64,000 bases of DNA from NCBI GenBank assembly GCA_037131755.1, contig JBAXQJ010000001.1, positions 16,176-80,175 of the forward strand, read 5' to 3'. Both the position numbers and the translations under genes were made by a program. The number at the start of each line of letters is the position of its first letter. Position 1 is the stretch's first letter. Source of the stretch: a bacterium. GTDB lineage: Bacteria > Patescibacteriota > Minisyncoccia > Phycocordibacterales > GWA1-40-21. The notes under the pieces are model-generated. The model worked only from the letters and a program-made list of their open reading frames with translations, was not told the DNA's origin and ran no database searches. Positions 20,128 through 31,783 of the stretch are shown piece by piece.

Positions 20128-23100
20128 CCTTTCTTCAAGTAATAACGAATCAAAACCTTCCTCATATATTCCTCCATAATCGGATGGTGCGGGGATGGAA
20201 TACCGCGTTTCCAAAAACGATGATGGAGCTCTTCATGCAATAAGGTCTCTCGAAGAGCCCCAAGAGACTTAAATGCCCGAGGTCCAATTTTTGAAAATGC
20301 ACCGATTTGCGAAAGCCCTAACTGACTAAGTGCCGGAGCAAATTCTGGTGGTTGCATAAACGACAATCCACTAAAGTCACTTTTGATAACTTCAGCAATA
20401 GTTGTCTGGCTTTCAACGAGTGGCACCCCATTATATGAGTTTCCTAACTTTGATTCTTCCTTTGACACATCTTTAAGTATTTCACGTGTGGCGCGTGTGG
20501 TACTTTGCGCAAGATTTCTTAAAGCTTCCTTGGTCGCTTGAATAGATCCGGCCAACGTTACGCCAGGGCTGTATGATGCCCCAACACCAGTACCCGTTAA
20601 CAATACCTGTCCGCCACCTATTAGAGCTCGCGATACGCGATCGATGTCTTTAAGTTTCTGTTGAGTAATTACATCATAACCAAACCCAGATTCATAAAGA
20701 TTAGCGATACCAGTCCAATTGACGATATTGAATGCTATTCCCTGGGAAACTGCCGCTGTCGAATCCCACACACCACCTCTTGCATCCATGCTACGAAGCA
20801 TTATAATCGATGTATTATCAACTGCCTGATTATAAGCGTTACCATTAAAAAGGTCTTTGACTCCTTGCTTGGCCCCGCTTCCCATCTCGATCAAAGATTC
20901 CCCGAGCGAAATGTCAAAGGCATCAGCCTCATCGCCTGAATAACCCTGCCCAAATATCCAAGACAAAGCTGATTCCCCAAGCGGATCAAATTTATTTATG
21001 GGATCGTTTTCACAAAAAGCAGTTAAGTTAATTCCTCCTTTTTCGGCCAGTGGATCACGAGTGATCCACTTGGCGATGGACGGATTGAAAAACCTATAAC
21101 CGAAATAATAGAGTTCTGTTTCGCTGTCATAATATTTGCTTTGGAACCGGAAGGGGCAAACATCACATCGTGAGCCCCATGACCCAACAAGTTTGCCGAA
21201 GGGCGCATAAAGGTAATTTGCCACAATCTTTTTTGTGGCGGCATCAACAACATGCACAATATTTCCGTTATGATCCGCCAGCGGCAGGTAAATATTTGTG
21301 GTTCCAGCATCTATTGCCTTGATTGCAACCAAAGCGCCAACTCCGCCTGACTGGTGATCAAATTTGCCATTTCGTTGACCTTTGAGATCCAGCCCCCATT
21401 GATAGTCACGGGTAGACGTTGTAGTGAGGGTATGGTCAGTAATTGTCTCGTGTATGAGATTCCAGCCATCATAGATAAAGGAATAGGTAAACGTCCCAAC
21501 CCAAGATCCTGGGGACCCGCTGTAGACCTTCTTGGTAGCCCGTCGGCCATCTTGGAAATAGGTATAAGTCTCCCTGATGTTTGGAGTGACACCAACGTTG
21601 ATTACCTCGCGTAATCGCCCTAAAGCATCATAAGAGAAGCGATAGCGGCTATCATTGGTAACTGAAGCACGCGCATCATAAATTGGGCTTTCGGAAGTTT
21701 GCGCGAGGTAAAGGGTTCCCGTTGTGTGGGCGATAACATCATTACTAGACACTGGGTCAAACCAAACTGCGGTGACAATGATATTGGTCGAGATTGCCGC
21801 CGAGGTGTTATCAATAACCAAAGTCGCACGGAACCATTCGCCATTGCGGTCAGTCGGCTGGTAATTGACGGTGATGTTCGCATTGGTGGCCGCGATGCCG
21901 ACAACCTCGACCTTGTTACTCCAAGCTCTGGTTATCTGCACATTCAGATTGTTCGGTGTAAATGTTGGAATAGGAGTCGAGGAGGCAGCTAATCGCCCAT
22001 AGGCGGTCGGATTTCCGATCGAGTCATATGTCGCGCCGAATTGCATGCCATAATACTCTGACCCATCGGCAAAATACCGGCGAGCGGAAATCAATTGCTT
22101 CCGGCTATCATATTGATAATCCCAGTGGGAACCGCTGATATCAATAATTTTGGATATCTGATCCGAGTTAGTGACATAGGAGTAAGCATAATTGGCAATA
22201 TTGCTGCCACTGACCGAAAAGGCAATGTTACTCATTCGGTCATTTGCCAGATCCCAGGTTAAATTTCGTGTGAGGATATCGACGCCCTGAACAGAGGTAA
22301 CAGCAGTAGCGCACAATAAACTGTTTGTGGCATAGATATACCTGACACAGACATCACCGTTACTGATAGAAGAGACCACTGACCGGAAATCATAACTCAG
22401 GGTGGTTTCATTCACGGCCCCGCCTATTACGAACTTTGAACCGTTGCGGTCGTAGTTCAGAGGATTATAAGAATAAGTCAATTCGGCTGGCGGCAAGGCA
22501 TCACCACTGACCGAATTTGTCAGCACCAAACCATCGAGGGAATAGTCAAAGGTATTTGTAGTCCCAGCATGTGTCGCCACAACTGGACGCCCGAGGCGAT
22601 CAATAACCGCTGCGGCCAGCGGACCAGTGGCATCAGAATATGTGATGCTAGCAAGGTCACCAGCCGAATTATAGTTGTGAGTTGCCACCACACTGTTTGC
22701 ATCGGTAAGAGTCAGCAATTGACCATTATCACGATAGGAATAAGTTTCAACGGGTAAACCGCTAATATTCTTTTGAGTAAGATAGCCGGTAGTGGCATCA
22801 TGTATCCATTGGGTATTTACAGCGGTTCCGGCCCGCAAAGTAATCATATTTGTCAGCCGTCCCTGAGAGTCGTACTGGTAAGTGACATCTAACGTGCCAG
22901 TATCGTATTTGCGCTTTAACAATCCACTTGTATAGTAATCATAACGAATTTCACGGCCATCACTGTGACGTACTTTGCTGATAAGTTCAGTACCTGGGTT
23001 GTATGTGAACTTAACAGGGAGTTTTGTCGGATCAGGCAGAATAATTTCGCTGATGCGCCGCTCTGTGTCGCGATTGATTATGGTTGTGCCTAACCGGGAA

Positions 23101-26100
23101 TGTTGAATACTCGACAAAGCCCCCAACCCATCATAGTTGAAAGTTTTTGTCTCCCACAAAATCCCGTCAGAGCCGTAATTCTTTTCCGTCTTAAGCTGCC
23201 ATTTCTCAAAAGCCTGAATAATTTTCGTGCCATCACTTTGGCAATTAGTCACAGAGTAAGAGCCACCAAAACTATAGCCTGAACGGCTGGCTTGATTAGT
23301 ACGGGAAACATCAATCGACAATACTCTTCTGTTATCCAATGAGACCTCCGAGCTCGCCAACATAAATGAGCTAGAGCTGTACATCTGGGGATAAGTGGTA
23401 TAGGCGCATTTAACACCTGATGCAGATACGCTTCGGTTGCGGGTAAGATATCGGTCACTACTGGCCGCCGTAAGTGCCTGATCACCGTTTTGATCTATCC
23501 CGGCGTCTGCCGGCTCATTTTTTCCATTGTAATTCATGACACTTACAATACTGGCTTCATCAACGTCGCCAGCGAAACGGGCCTGCGAGTCATATGACAT
23601 CGTAGCATCACTACTTGCACCTGAATGACGAGAACGGGCCGGTTGACCTAAAAGGTTTAAGTAGGTCTTCTCCCATTCGGTCGCAGCACTTCCGACTAAT
23701 CGAATTTCCTTGGCATAGAACTGTCCGGCTTCAATTCCGTATTCGAATTGCAAGTCAGCTTTGGCGCCTGAACCGGAGATTTCCTTCAGAGATCCATCCA
23801 AGTAATAGTCCTTAATGATCACGGCACCATTTGGTGCTGTTATTGTGCATCGGGTGCCGTATGACGGGTTCGCATAGGAGTAGACGGTAGAGCCGAGCAA
23901 ATCCGTTACCGTGATTGCCCGCCCTAACGCATCGAAAGAGGTGCTAACAGTGCGAGAGGCCCCATCTGCTCCGGATTCCGTTAGCTTGGTAATGTTCAAT
24001 AACGGATCATATTCAAACTGATTGGTAATTCCGGTTCCACCTCGCAAGACCGATTTCAAGGTGCCTTGAGAGTAATAGTCTAAAGTCATCAAGCTACCGT
24101 CAGCTTCAGAAATAGTGGCTGGGCCGAATAAGCTCAAGTTACTATTGGTCGTCGCTGTGCCATCGAGATCAGTTGAGACCAGAAGTCGACCGAATGGATC
24201 AACTGAGGAGATAATACTTTCAAACGTCACCCCGGAATCCGCATCCACTGTCATATTGGTTTCCATGACCCCGAAATTGTTTACCGTATTGGTTTTCGTT
24301 ATTCCGGTACTGATGACAGAACTGGCCGCCAGTCGCCCAAAGGATGTGAAAACGTTATTCGATGTGCCCAACACCTGGTAAGTCAAAACAGCGCTCTCGG
24401 CTGGATTTTTCGCAAAGATCAAAAGACCATTGGTAATACCACCACTTGCGAATACGTTGGTGCTTACAAGGTTCCCCGCACCATTCCAACTGCCACTGGA
24501 GTTAGTGCATTGCTGAATAATAGTCTGGGTTGATCCTGAGTAGGAATACAAGGTGAGACCGATCAACGTGGCATCATAAAGATTAGTGACTGCCCGTGGC
24601 CGCTCAATCATATTCGTTATGTTTGCAGTATCGCCAGAATTGGCTGGATATCCGTAACCGGTCGAACGTGTCGAACCATTACCGACAGGGGTCGCCTCCG
24701 TTACAATCCATCCGGTACTTGGGTCATAGGAGTAGTCAGTGTAAGTCCCGTCCGGGAAAGTAACTTTCTTGATTTTTGCTTGCTTAGGTAAGCCATTCGT
24801 ATAGCGCCCAACGGCTGTATCATATTCATTTGTAACCGCTTTGGAATCACCATTCACGGTTCGGGAATAAACGACTGGATGATTGTCGGCATTGAATGAG
24901 ATGCTTTCTGTCAAATTCCCGAAATCGTAATAACTAGAGGATAACGTCACGGTCCGCGCACTACCCGCGGGAGCGGTCTGGGTTCGGGTAACAGTACCCC
25001 AAGGATATGTAATGGTGTTGCCGGAAATAGAGGCATTGGATTTGTCGATACCGGTAATCCCGGATTTGGATATTCCAGAAAACATTTTGCTGGAATCTGA
25101 AGCTAATGTAGTGGTTATGGTTTGGCTTAAATCCTTGGAGGCATACGATACCTGGCTGACTAAGCCACTGGTCATGGTGAGAGTGACCTTGTAGCGAGCA
25201 CTATCCGCCGTGTTGGGGAAATTAATGGTTGAGCCAGGGATGGAGCTGGAAGTAACTTTCGACGAACTGCCAGCCATATTGGTGACGTTGGTAATGCCAC
25301 CATCAAATTGATGAATAACCCCCGACTCATAATACAGGTTGAATTTCAGGTCGGTATTATTCGTCGGTGTTAAGTCTCGAAGAATATAAGTTCTATTTGA
25401 GTTGATTCCGGTCGGATATCCGACAGGACTGAATGTTGAAGCGGCACTATCCCAAGGAAAGTCAAAGATTACCACATTTCCCCTTGGCCGAATTACCGCC
25501 GCCAACTTATTAGTTCGTGTATTTGATTTCACGGCACCGCTTTGCAAGATGCGAGTTCTTACACTCAAGGTTTGATAGGGTCCATCAGCATCCGTGGTGT
25601 ATGGTGTCAGATATTGAAAGGGCAGATTAGTTGTTCCACCTTGCGCTATATATGCATGGACTGGTAAACCAGCATACCACGCAGGCGTTGAGGCTAACGG
25701 GACAATTATTTGTGGTTGATCCCGGTCATCGTTGAATGTCGCTACTCCGGTATCATTGCCAAAGGCATTGAGATCAACTCCCGGATCAACCACATCATCC
25801 CGATCAGTGTCAGGCTCCTCAACACAGGGATGTATGGTCGGAGGAAGGTTAGTCGGGAAATAGTATTGGATTATAGTATTTACGTCGTAATCGTGCATGA
25901 CATATCCAGCAGTGTTTGAGCCAATCGGGATTGGTGCGGTATTAAAGACGCTGGCACCGATCGCCACTGAAGACGTAACGCCACCACTATAGGTTGTTGG
26001 CCCAGACAACCTATAGGAATTTGTATAGTAAAGGCCCGTGCCTAAATCTGAGAAATATACATTGGTAGACGACATGTAGGGCCATACACCGTAGTACCAA

Positions 26101-26858
26101 TCCACTTTATGCAGACGTCCGGTCCACATGCCCGTTGTGGCGAAATAATCCCATTGACGGACACCTGATATATCCCATCTATGTTGCGCGGAGTTCGTTG
26201 TTAAGGTTACTGTATTATAGAGGGGGTGGTAGACATTGGTTGTTGAAGCAGTCGACGGCCACATAGCGGCAAAGTTTGTAATTGCCTGAGCCATTGAAGG
26301 GCCATTCGTTGAAGCCGTACGATAATTGGCGGTATTGGAACTGGTAAAAGTAATACCACGAAGAGTGTGGGTAAGCAGATTAAGACAGGCCCAAACTTGA
26401 GTCTGTATCCCGTGGTCAACAGCCATCCATAAATGTATTGGTGCATTTGTCGCCCATTGTGAAAATCCAGCCGCCGCGTGCAGACTATTTGCTGTCCAGA
26501 AATTATCAGCAAAAACCATGTCAGGATGCGCTGTATAATATGGAGAAAAATCACCCGATGCGTCCGCGTGTGTGCTATCTACAAAATATCTTCCTAAGTA
26601 ATCTATCTTCATCGCGAGATTACTGTAGTCTTGATATGGATAGATGTATGTCGGCTGTTCGTTATAGCTGGATGATTTCCAAAACGCCATGCTCCTTTCA
26701 TTGTAGGCATCATAAGCCCTTTTGAGATCATTAGTTAAATCGACCCATTCTTGAGTCGCCGGCCAATTTGTATAATTTGTGGCAGCATGCACAGTACCAG
26801 CAGAAAACCAGCAAATCAAAGCGACCAATCCAACAAACAAACTAATATTTTTTCTCAT
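20121..26858 (-). CDS. Secreted Rhs/YD-repeat toxin with C-terminal HExxH domain
   Basis: Signal peptide; YD repeats; RHS core FRFQSKYYD...DPINKFDPLG; C-terminal LLHEELHH. Confidence 0.9.
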   Translation of the reverse strand: MRKNISLFVGLVALICWFSAGTVHAATNYTNWPATQEWVDLTNDLKRAYDAYNERSMAFWKSSSYNEQPTYIYPYQDYSNLAMKIDYLGRYFVDSTHADASGDFSPYYTAHPDMVFADNFWTANSLHAAAGFSQWATNAPIHLWMAVDHGIQTQVWACLNLLTHTLRGITFTSSNTANYRTASTNGPSMAQAITNFAAMWPSTASTTNVYHPLYNTVTLTTNSAQHRWDISGVRQWDYFATTGMWTGRLHKVDWYYGVWPYMSSTNVYFSDLGTGLYYTNSYRLSGPTTYSGGVTSSVAIGASVFNTAPIPIGSNTAGYVMHDYDVNTIIQYYFPTNLPPTIHPCVEEPDTDRDDVVDPGVDLNAFGNDTGVATFNDDRDQPQIIVPLASTPAWYAGLPVHAYIAQGGTTNLPFQYLTPYTTDADGPYQTLSVRTRILQSGAVKSNTRTNKLAAVIRPRGNVVIFDFPWDSAASTFSPVGYPTGINSNRTYILRDLTPTNNTDLKFNLYYESGVIHQFDGGITNVTNMAGSSSKVTSSSIPGSTINFPNTADSARYKVTLTMTSGLVSQVSYASKDLSQTITTTLASDSSKMFSGISKSGITGIDKSNASISGNTITYPWGTVTRTQTAPAGSARTVTLSSSYYDFGNLTESISFNADNHPVVYSRTVNGDSKAVTNEYDTAVGRYTNGLPKQAKIKKVTFPDGTYTDYSYDPSTGWIVTEATPVGNGSTRSTGYGYPANSGDTANITNMIERPRAVTNLYDATLIGLTLYSYSGSTQTIIQQCTNSSGSWNGAGNLVSTNVFASGGITNGLLIFAKNPAESAVLTYQVLGTSNNVFTSFGRLAASSVISTGITKTNTVNNFGVMETNMTVDADSGVTFESIISSVDPFGRLLVSTDLDGTATTNSNLSLFGPATISEADGSLMTLDYYSQGTLKSVLRGGTGITNQFEYDPLLNITKLTESGADGASRTVSTSFDALGRAITVTDLLGSTVYSYANPSYGTRCTITAPNGAVIIKDYYLDGSLKEISGSGAKADLQFEYGIEAGQFYAKEIRLVGSAATEWEKTYLNLLGQPARSRHSGASSDATMSYDSQARFAGDVDEASIVSVMNYNGKNEPADAGIDQNGDQALTAASSDRYLTRNRSVSASGVKCAYTTYPQMYSSSSFMLASSEVSLDNRRVLSIDVSRTNQASRSGYSFGGSYSVTNCQSDGTKIIQAFEKWQLKTEKNYGSDGILWETKTFNYDGLGALSSIQHSRLGTTIINRDTERRISEIILPDPTKLPVKFTYNPGTELISKVRHSDGREIRYDYYTSGLLKRKYDTGTLDVTYQYDSQGRLTNMITLRAGTAVNTQWIHDATTGYLTQKNISGLPVETYSYRDNGQLLTLTDANSVVATHNYNSAGDLASITYSDATGPLAAAVIDRLGRPVVATHAGTTNTFDYSLDGLVLTNSVSGDALPPAELTYSYNPLNYDRNGSKFVIGGAVNETTLSYDFRSVVSSISNGDVCVRYIYATNSLLCATAVTSVQGVDILTRNLTWDLANDRMSNIAFSVSGSNIANYAYSYVTNSDQISKIIDISGSHWDYQYDSRKQLISARRYFADGSEYYGMQFGATYDSIGNPTAYGRLAASSTPIPTFTPNNLNVQITRAWSNKVEVVGIAATNANITVNYQPTDRNGEWFRATLVIDNTSAAISTNIIVTAVWFDPVSSNDVIAHTTGTLYLAQTSESPIYDARASVTNDSRYRFSYDALGRLREVINVGVTPNIRETYTYFQDGRRATKKVYSGSPGSWVGTFTYSFIYDGWNLIHETITDHTLTTTSTRDYQWGLDLKGQRNGKFDHQSGGVGALVAIKAIDAGTTNIYLPLADHNGNIVHVVDAATKKIVANYLYAPFGKLVGSWGSRCDVCPFRFQSKYYDSETELYYFGYRFFNPSIAKWITRDPLAEKGGINLTAFCENDPINKFDPLGESALSWIFGQGYSGDEADAFDISLGESLIEMGSGAKQGVKDLFNGNAYNQAVDNTSIIMLRSMDARGGVWDSTAAVSQGIAFNIVNWTGIANLYESGFGYDVITQQKLKDIDRVSRALIGGGQVLLTGTGVGASYSPGVTLAGSIQATKEALRNLAQSTTRATREILKDVSKEESKLGNSYNGVPLVESQTTIAEVIKSDFSGLSFMQPPEFAPALSQLGLSQIGAFSKIGPRAFKSLGALRETLLHEELHHRFWKRGIPSPHHPIMEEYMRKVLIRYYLKKGW

Positions 26859-26910
26859 ATTATCTTCCGTTATTCGCTAATTTCAGAAAATTATTCCGCA
26901 AAGCATCCGT

Positions 26911-29900
26911 TCAACGCATAGGTGTGATTGTCTGAAGCCGCAGTACATTGTTTGTATCACTAACCGCTGACTTTGTGGGGTTGGCCCCAATCAAGTACTC
27001 CTGCAAATTGCTCAAGCCATCTCCATCAGCATTACCGCTAGCATTGTTCGTAAGGTTGCCGAAGTATCGCATTTCCCAAGCATCGGGTAGCCCATCGCCA
27101 TCGCTATCACCAAAAGCATCAAGAATATTGATGGTGAAAGAATCATTAGGAATACAAACCGCAGAGCCAATCAGTTGATCTAATTGCAATGTGACTGTTT
27201 TCGTTGGTTCGCGTAGATCGTTCGTCAGGATTAAAATTGAAACCAGCTGATTTGTCTGCCCTGGGGAAAATACAATGTTCTGGTTGGTGAAGGAATAATT
27301 CAGGCCGTTCACCGCCGTACCACCTATCATATAGAGACGCACCTGAATTGTATTGGTTGACGGCGGATAGATTCTAACGGGTATGTTAGTACTGGAGGCA
27401 GTCTCCATGACGGTAAGATCGTGGCTGGGGAAGAAGACGACAGGTGGCTTGGAGGCCGGATTTGTCGAATCTGTACCCAATCGGATTTCATCGGCATTGC
27501 TTACGCCGTCACCATCGAAGTCATCGCTCGGCAGGACATGTTCCACTTTTTCGATATTATCATTCGTATTGGCATTAACGATTTTCATTTCCTCATAATC
27601 CGGAAGGCCATCCCCATCGGTATCGGGATCGGTAAGTGTCACATTGATGCCAGTAACCCTCCCGGTAATAACAAGTAAACTGTTTGTATATGTCCCAGTT
27701 GCTTCCCAGGAATCATTTGAACCGTTACCGTTTGAATCGCGAAATGCTTTGACCCATCGTGCTGACGGCGGAATGTTCGGGATCTGATACGGCCCCTGCG
27801 CCAAACGAACCACCGACATATCCTTTTCCCAAGAAGTCGCATTGGTCGCCGCCAAAATTACAATCGGGCCAGTCTGCGCGCCCGAGTAAAGCACGTATCC
27901 TGAGACGCTGGGCGGATCTTGGGAATTTGTCGGCGAAGTATGGTTTTGAAATTCCCGCCAAGCAGACAGTCCATCTCCATCCGCATCCGCCCCAAGTTCA
28001 TAAGCCGCCATCACATCATTGATAGTCCATCCACCGCCACTTATCCGAATATCATCTATCATTCCGGAAAATACGTTGGTGACCGCCCCGCCTGACGTGG
28101 CACCGATCCGGAGTGAGTTTGTACTGTGCTCAATACCTCCAAGCGCCAGCCCAAATACATAATTAGTCGTCGCTACGCTTACTCCGTTGACATAAAGGTC
28201 ATGATTCCCACTAGCGTATGTACCCGTTATGTGCAGGGGTACGTCGGAAGTAAGGATGCAGGAGTATCTTAAAGTTTTTGCTCCACTGGCGCATATAGTG
28301 AAGGCAAGTCCACCATTCTCGTAGCCAAGACTATAACCAGTTGTGCCGTTTGGAATTCGCTTGCTGACGAACATCGCCGAACTGCCACTCATATAGAAGT
28401 GATCAGGCACAATCCACAGACTGATAGCAACGCTTTCCGTCTTCAGGTTGGCATTGTCGGCCACCTCAACATAGGAATTACTGCCATTAAATATTAGGGC
28501 GTTGCTGACAAGACCACTACACCAGCTATTGCTGGCAAAACCATATAGGGTGCCATTATTGGCGTTGCCGGACGAATCGAGCGCATTAGATCCGCTGTTT
28601 TCATCGAACTGCAACCACGCGGTCAAGCCATCTGCACCACCCCGAGTCGAATCCATGCCATAGAAAACTTCCCACCAATCGGATACGCTATCTCCATCAT
28701 TATCCGGGTCGACAAGAGTGACATTCCTGCCAGTGTGATTATCATCTAAGAAAATTGGATTTCCTGAATCGCTACCCCATGCCTCCCAAATTGTCGGCAG
28801 GTTATCGCCACTAGAGTCGCGCCAGGCGCGTATCCAGTAATCGGTATTTGGCGGTAAGTGTGTTATGACAAATGAACCGGTATTTGAAATAATATTGGCA
28901 TGAGCCCAAGACCAATCAACACCGTTGGTGCAAGCGACTACATAAAACACACCGGTTTGGGGACCAGTGTAGATCACGTTTCCTTCGATATTCCAGGGGT
29001 GACTCAAGCTGTTCGTGGGATTGGTATTCACATCATATTCTTCTTGATTAGTGTATTCATCACCATCGGAATCGACATTACTACTGGTATTCGTCGTGCT
29101 GCCGAAATACTGAATTTCCCACCAATCGGCCAAGCCATCGCTATCAAGGTCGGGATCAGTAAGATTGATAGCTTGTCCGGCAAGGCGGTTAGTGATGATT
29201 ATGGAGAGGTTAGTTAGGATTGCTTGGGCCTCAGCGGCATTATTGGTACTATTCCCGTTGGTATCGATCCAAGATTTGAGCCAATAATTTGTCTGTTCCA
29301 AATCACTGATTCGATAGGCCATGGGGAAATTACAAACGGCTGATGTGTAGCTATGCGCCGTTGACCAACTATTGGAACTGGTTACAGCAATAACCCAAAC
29401 GGTGCCGGTCTGGCGGCCTGAATAAGTTATTGTGCCAAGTACATTGGCAGGATCATTAGGATCAAGCGGATTATGTCCATGCGCGATTTCCCAGCCATCC
29501 CCACAACCATCATCATCCGTATCGAATTTATTGGCATCAGTACCTAAAGAGAGCTCGCCCAGAACGTAAGGACTTCCGTTTGTAGTGATGCCAGTCGGAT
29601 ATACATTTGTTGTCACAATTCCGCTATTTCCGTCAACCAGACCATCGCTATCACTGTCCATCGCATCAGGGTTACTTCGATAAATCAGAGTTTCGCGACC
29701 GTCATTAATTCCGTCACCGTCTGTATCCTCTGTACTGCCAACCGCATAGAACCGGACTGGAATATCTGCGCCGTTAGTGGCTGATGTATCGACCCACCAC
29801 AAACTATTAGTCCCGGCAGTAACCAGATTGGTGTTTAGAATGGTCCAACTATGGGTCATAAGATTGGATGAGGCGAACATTTCCAGCGGATAACTGAAGG

Positions 29901-30741
29901 AGGAGGGATAATCAACCCTAACGAGTTTTCCGGAAGTAACCAGGCTAATTTCCGAGATCACGATATTTGTATCGGCTGCTGGTAATCTCATCATGGACAT
30001 ACCGCCTGAAGACATGGATTTTGACAATGAAGAAGTTGTGGACTGGGATATAAAATCCCATAACGAGGCAGCGGCATTTTCGGCATAAATATCAATATAG
30101 CTGTCTGGAATCAGCGCTATATCGATTTCAACATGAGAAGGATCGAGCCAAGCCTCAATTTCGTCGCGCTTTTGTTCAGAACAGTCTTTCCTGTAAATTT
30201 CAGCGTGTATTTTCTTCGCTATCCAATACGGATCATAGTCACTTCGGGGTTTGAAGACATAGAAGACCTTGCCGTCCGCATCCAGTACTTGTATTTCGCG
30301 AGTTTCTTTAACTTCACGTACCTTTAGGTGATATATCGGACTGCCGTTTTTTATTTCATACACTAAACCCTTTGTAAATGACTCGGGGAAGGACTTGGGG
30401 TTGAAGGAATACAGGCCAGCCGAAAAAGATACCGGCTTAGTCATTCCAGGAACGAACAGCTGAATACAGCTTTCTTGGAATTCAAATAGCCGCTCAACTA
30501 AAAATGCGGGGCTATCGGCAAAATTAGTCGATAGTTCTTCACTGATTCTCGCTTGCCGTTCGTCAATGATCTTACGAGTTATTCCGGTTAAGGCCCAGAC
30601 CGTAACGCATGCCAGAAACAAACTGACAATAGCGGTGAATGAAATTGCGCGCATTCGAACTCTACCCGTTTTTCCTGTCCAAGGCATATTCAATCCTTTC
30701 TCTATTAATCCGCTCCGCGCCAAAAAAAGAGGCGCGGACAT
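26911..30741 (-). CDS. Large secreted protein with DxDGDG Ca-binding repeats, LamG-like and Calx-beta domains (start uncertain)
   Basis: Many DSDGDGLxD repeats; FDENSGSNALDSSG..FSGMIDDIRI; TAVNGLNYSF..FSPGQTNQ. Confidence 0.8.
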   Translation of the reverse strand: MSAPLFLARSGLIEKGLNMPWTGKTGRVRMRAISFTAIVSLFLACVTVWALTGITRKIIDERQARISEELSTNFADSPAFLVERLFEFQESCIQLFVPGMTKPVSFSAGLYSFNPKSFPESFTKGLVYEIKNGSPIYHLKVREVKETREIQVLDADGKVFYVFKPRSDYDPYWIAKKIHAEIYRKDCSEQKRDEIEAWLDPSHVEIDIALIPDSYIDIYAENAAASLWDFISQSTTSSLSKSMSSGGMSMMRLPAADTNIVISEISLVTSGKLVRVDYPSSFSYPLEMFASSNLMTHSWTILNTNLVTAGTNSLWWVDTSATNGADIPVRFYAVGSTEDTDGDGINDGRETLIYRSNPDAMDSDSDGLVDGNSGIVTTNVYPTGITTNGSPYVLGELSLGTDANKFDTDDDGCGDGWEIAHGHNPLDPNDPANVLGTITYSGRQTGTVWVIAVTSSNSWSTAHSYTSAVCNFPMAYRISDLEQTNYWLKSWIDTNGNSTNNAAEAQAILTNLSIIITNRLAGQAINLTDPDLDSDGLADWWEIQYFGSTTNTSSNVDSDGDEYTNQEEYDVNTNPTNSLSHPWNIEGNVIYTGPQTGVFYVVACTNGVDWSWAHANIISNTGSFVITHLPPNTDYWIRAWRDSSGDNLPTIWEAWGSDSGNPIFLDDNHTGRNVTLVDPDNDGDSVSDWWEVFYGMDSTRGGADGLTAWLQFDENSGSNALDSSGNANNGTLYGFASNSWCSGLVSNALIFNGSNSYVEVADNANLKTESVAISLWIVPDHFYMSGSSAMFVSKRIPNGTTGYSLGYENGGLAFTICASGAKTLRYSCILTSDVPLHITGTYASGNHDLYVNGVSVATTNYVFGLALGGIEHSTNSLRIGATSGGAVTNVFSGMIDDIRISGGGWTINDVMAAYELGADADGDGLSAWREFQNHTSPTNSQDPPSVSGYVLYSGAQTGPIVILAATNATSWEKDMSVVRLAQGPYQIPNIPPSARWVKAFRDSNGNGSNDSWEATGTYTNSLLVITGRVTGINVTLTDPDTDGDGLPDYEEMKIVNANTNDNIEKVEHVLPSDDFDGDGVSNADEIRLGTDSTNPASKPPVVFFPSHDLTVMETASSTNIPVRIYPPSTNTIQVRLYMIGGTAVNGLNYSFTNQNIVFSPGQTNQLVSILILTNDLREPTKTVTLQLDQLIGSAVCIPNDSFTINILDAFGDSDGDGLPDAWEMRYFGNLTNNASGNADGDGLSNLQEYLIGANPTKSAVSDTNNVLRLQTITPMR

Positions 30742-31496
30742 CTGCCCATGCCCACCGGAGGGACTGGCATCCCTGTGAATGAACCTGGAACAGAAGCCGC
30801 GCCAATTGGCGCGCTTCCGCAGATTCGTCCATTCACATTGACACCCCTTTCAGAGCATCAACTAACTTGCCAGTTTTCCGGTGAACGATACTTGCGATAT
30901 CGCAAATCTATTTTGATCAATGTTTCGTTAATTCAATTGTGTCTCAATTACTAAAAAGCAAACGTCTCCGTTATCTTTAAATTCTTTATGTGCCTATTCC
31001 GCAATTTACATAAAAATTATTGGTCGAACCTTACTTATTTTCCATCCTAACGTCAACAAATCTCGGAGTTAGTGCGAATTCTTGAAGCTTATGGGGAGAG
31101 GGAGGTAAGCAGGATGTTTAGTGGGGTGACGTTAAGGTAATAAGCACAATTCTTTCAAAAAAATAGCTGACCATGTCGCCATGATCAGCTACCCTCCCAC
31201 TACAATTTTATTCATATTTGCTTCTTTTCGATCAATATGCGCACCTAACTTTTTTCAACATCAGCAGGAGCAATTCAAATGACTTGATGCCGATCTCTTT
31301 ATCACTAAGTTCTCCGACGAACAATAACCACCAGCGATCAACCGAATTTCCTCAATAGATATGAGATCTTCCTGATTGACCCTAACCCAATCTTCCCTGC
31401 AAATCACCGATTCGCGAGTTGAATGGGGACCTGAGGCCCTATCCGTTTTCATGGCTGCCCTCCCTTTCTAATAGTAGAGGAAAGCCACACAACCCA

Positions 31497-31615
31497 TTGA
31501 CAATGAATAGCTTAGGTGTATTATGTCAGTGCTGGATGCATGGTTTCCTCGGTTTGTAACATCTGTGGCGGATTGAACCGTTCAGAATTATCGAGAAACA
31601 TGCGTCCAGTTTTTT
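31497..31615 (+). ncRNA. Candidate structured small RNA with sigma70 promoter
   Basis: TTGACA 31497, TATTAT 31519; stem 31532-31551 pairs with 31592-31609, then a T-run. Confidence 0.45.
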
Positions 31616-31783
31616 ATTACACCTATATCAACGCCCCTCCCTTCCGCGTGATCAACCAAAGTTCTTCCGCCCAAACCAATAACCTATAACTGTTAATAAC
31701 TTAACGATATTCGATTAGTAAATCAAGCTCGCTCTTCGTGCACTGCATTAAGGGCGTTTTATGTCCTTGAATAATCGGGAGTT

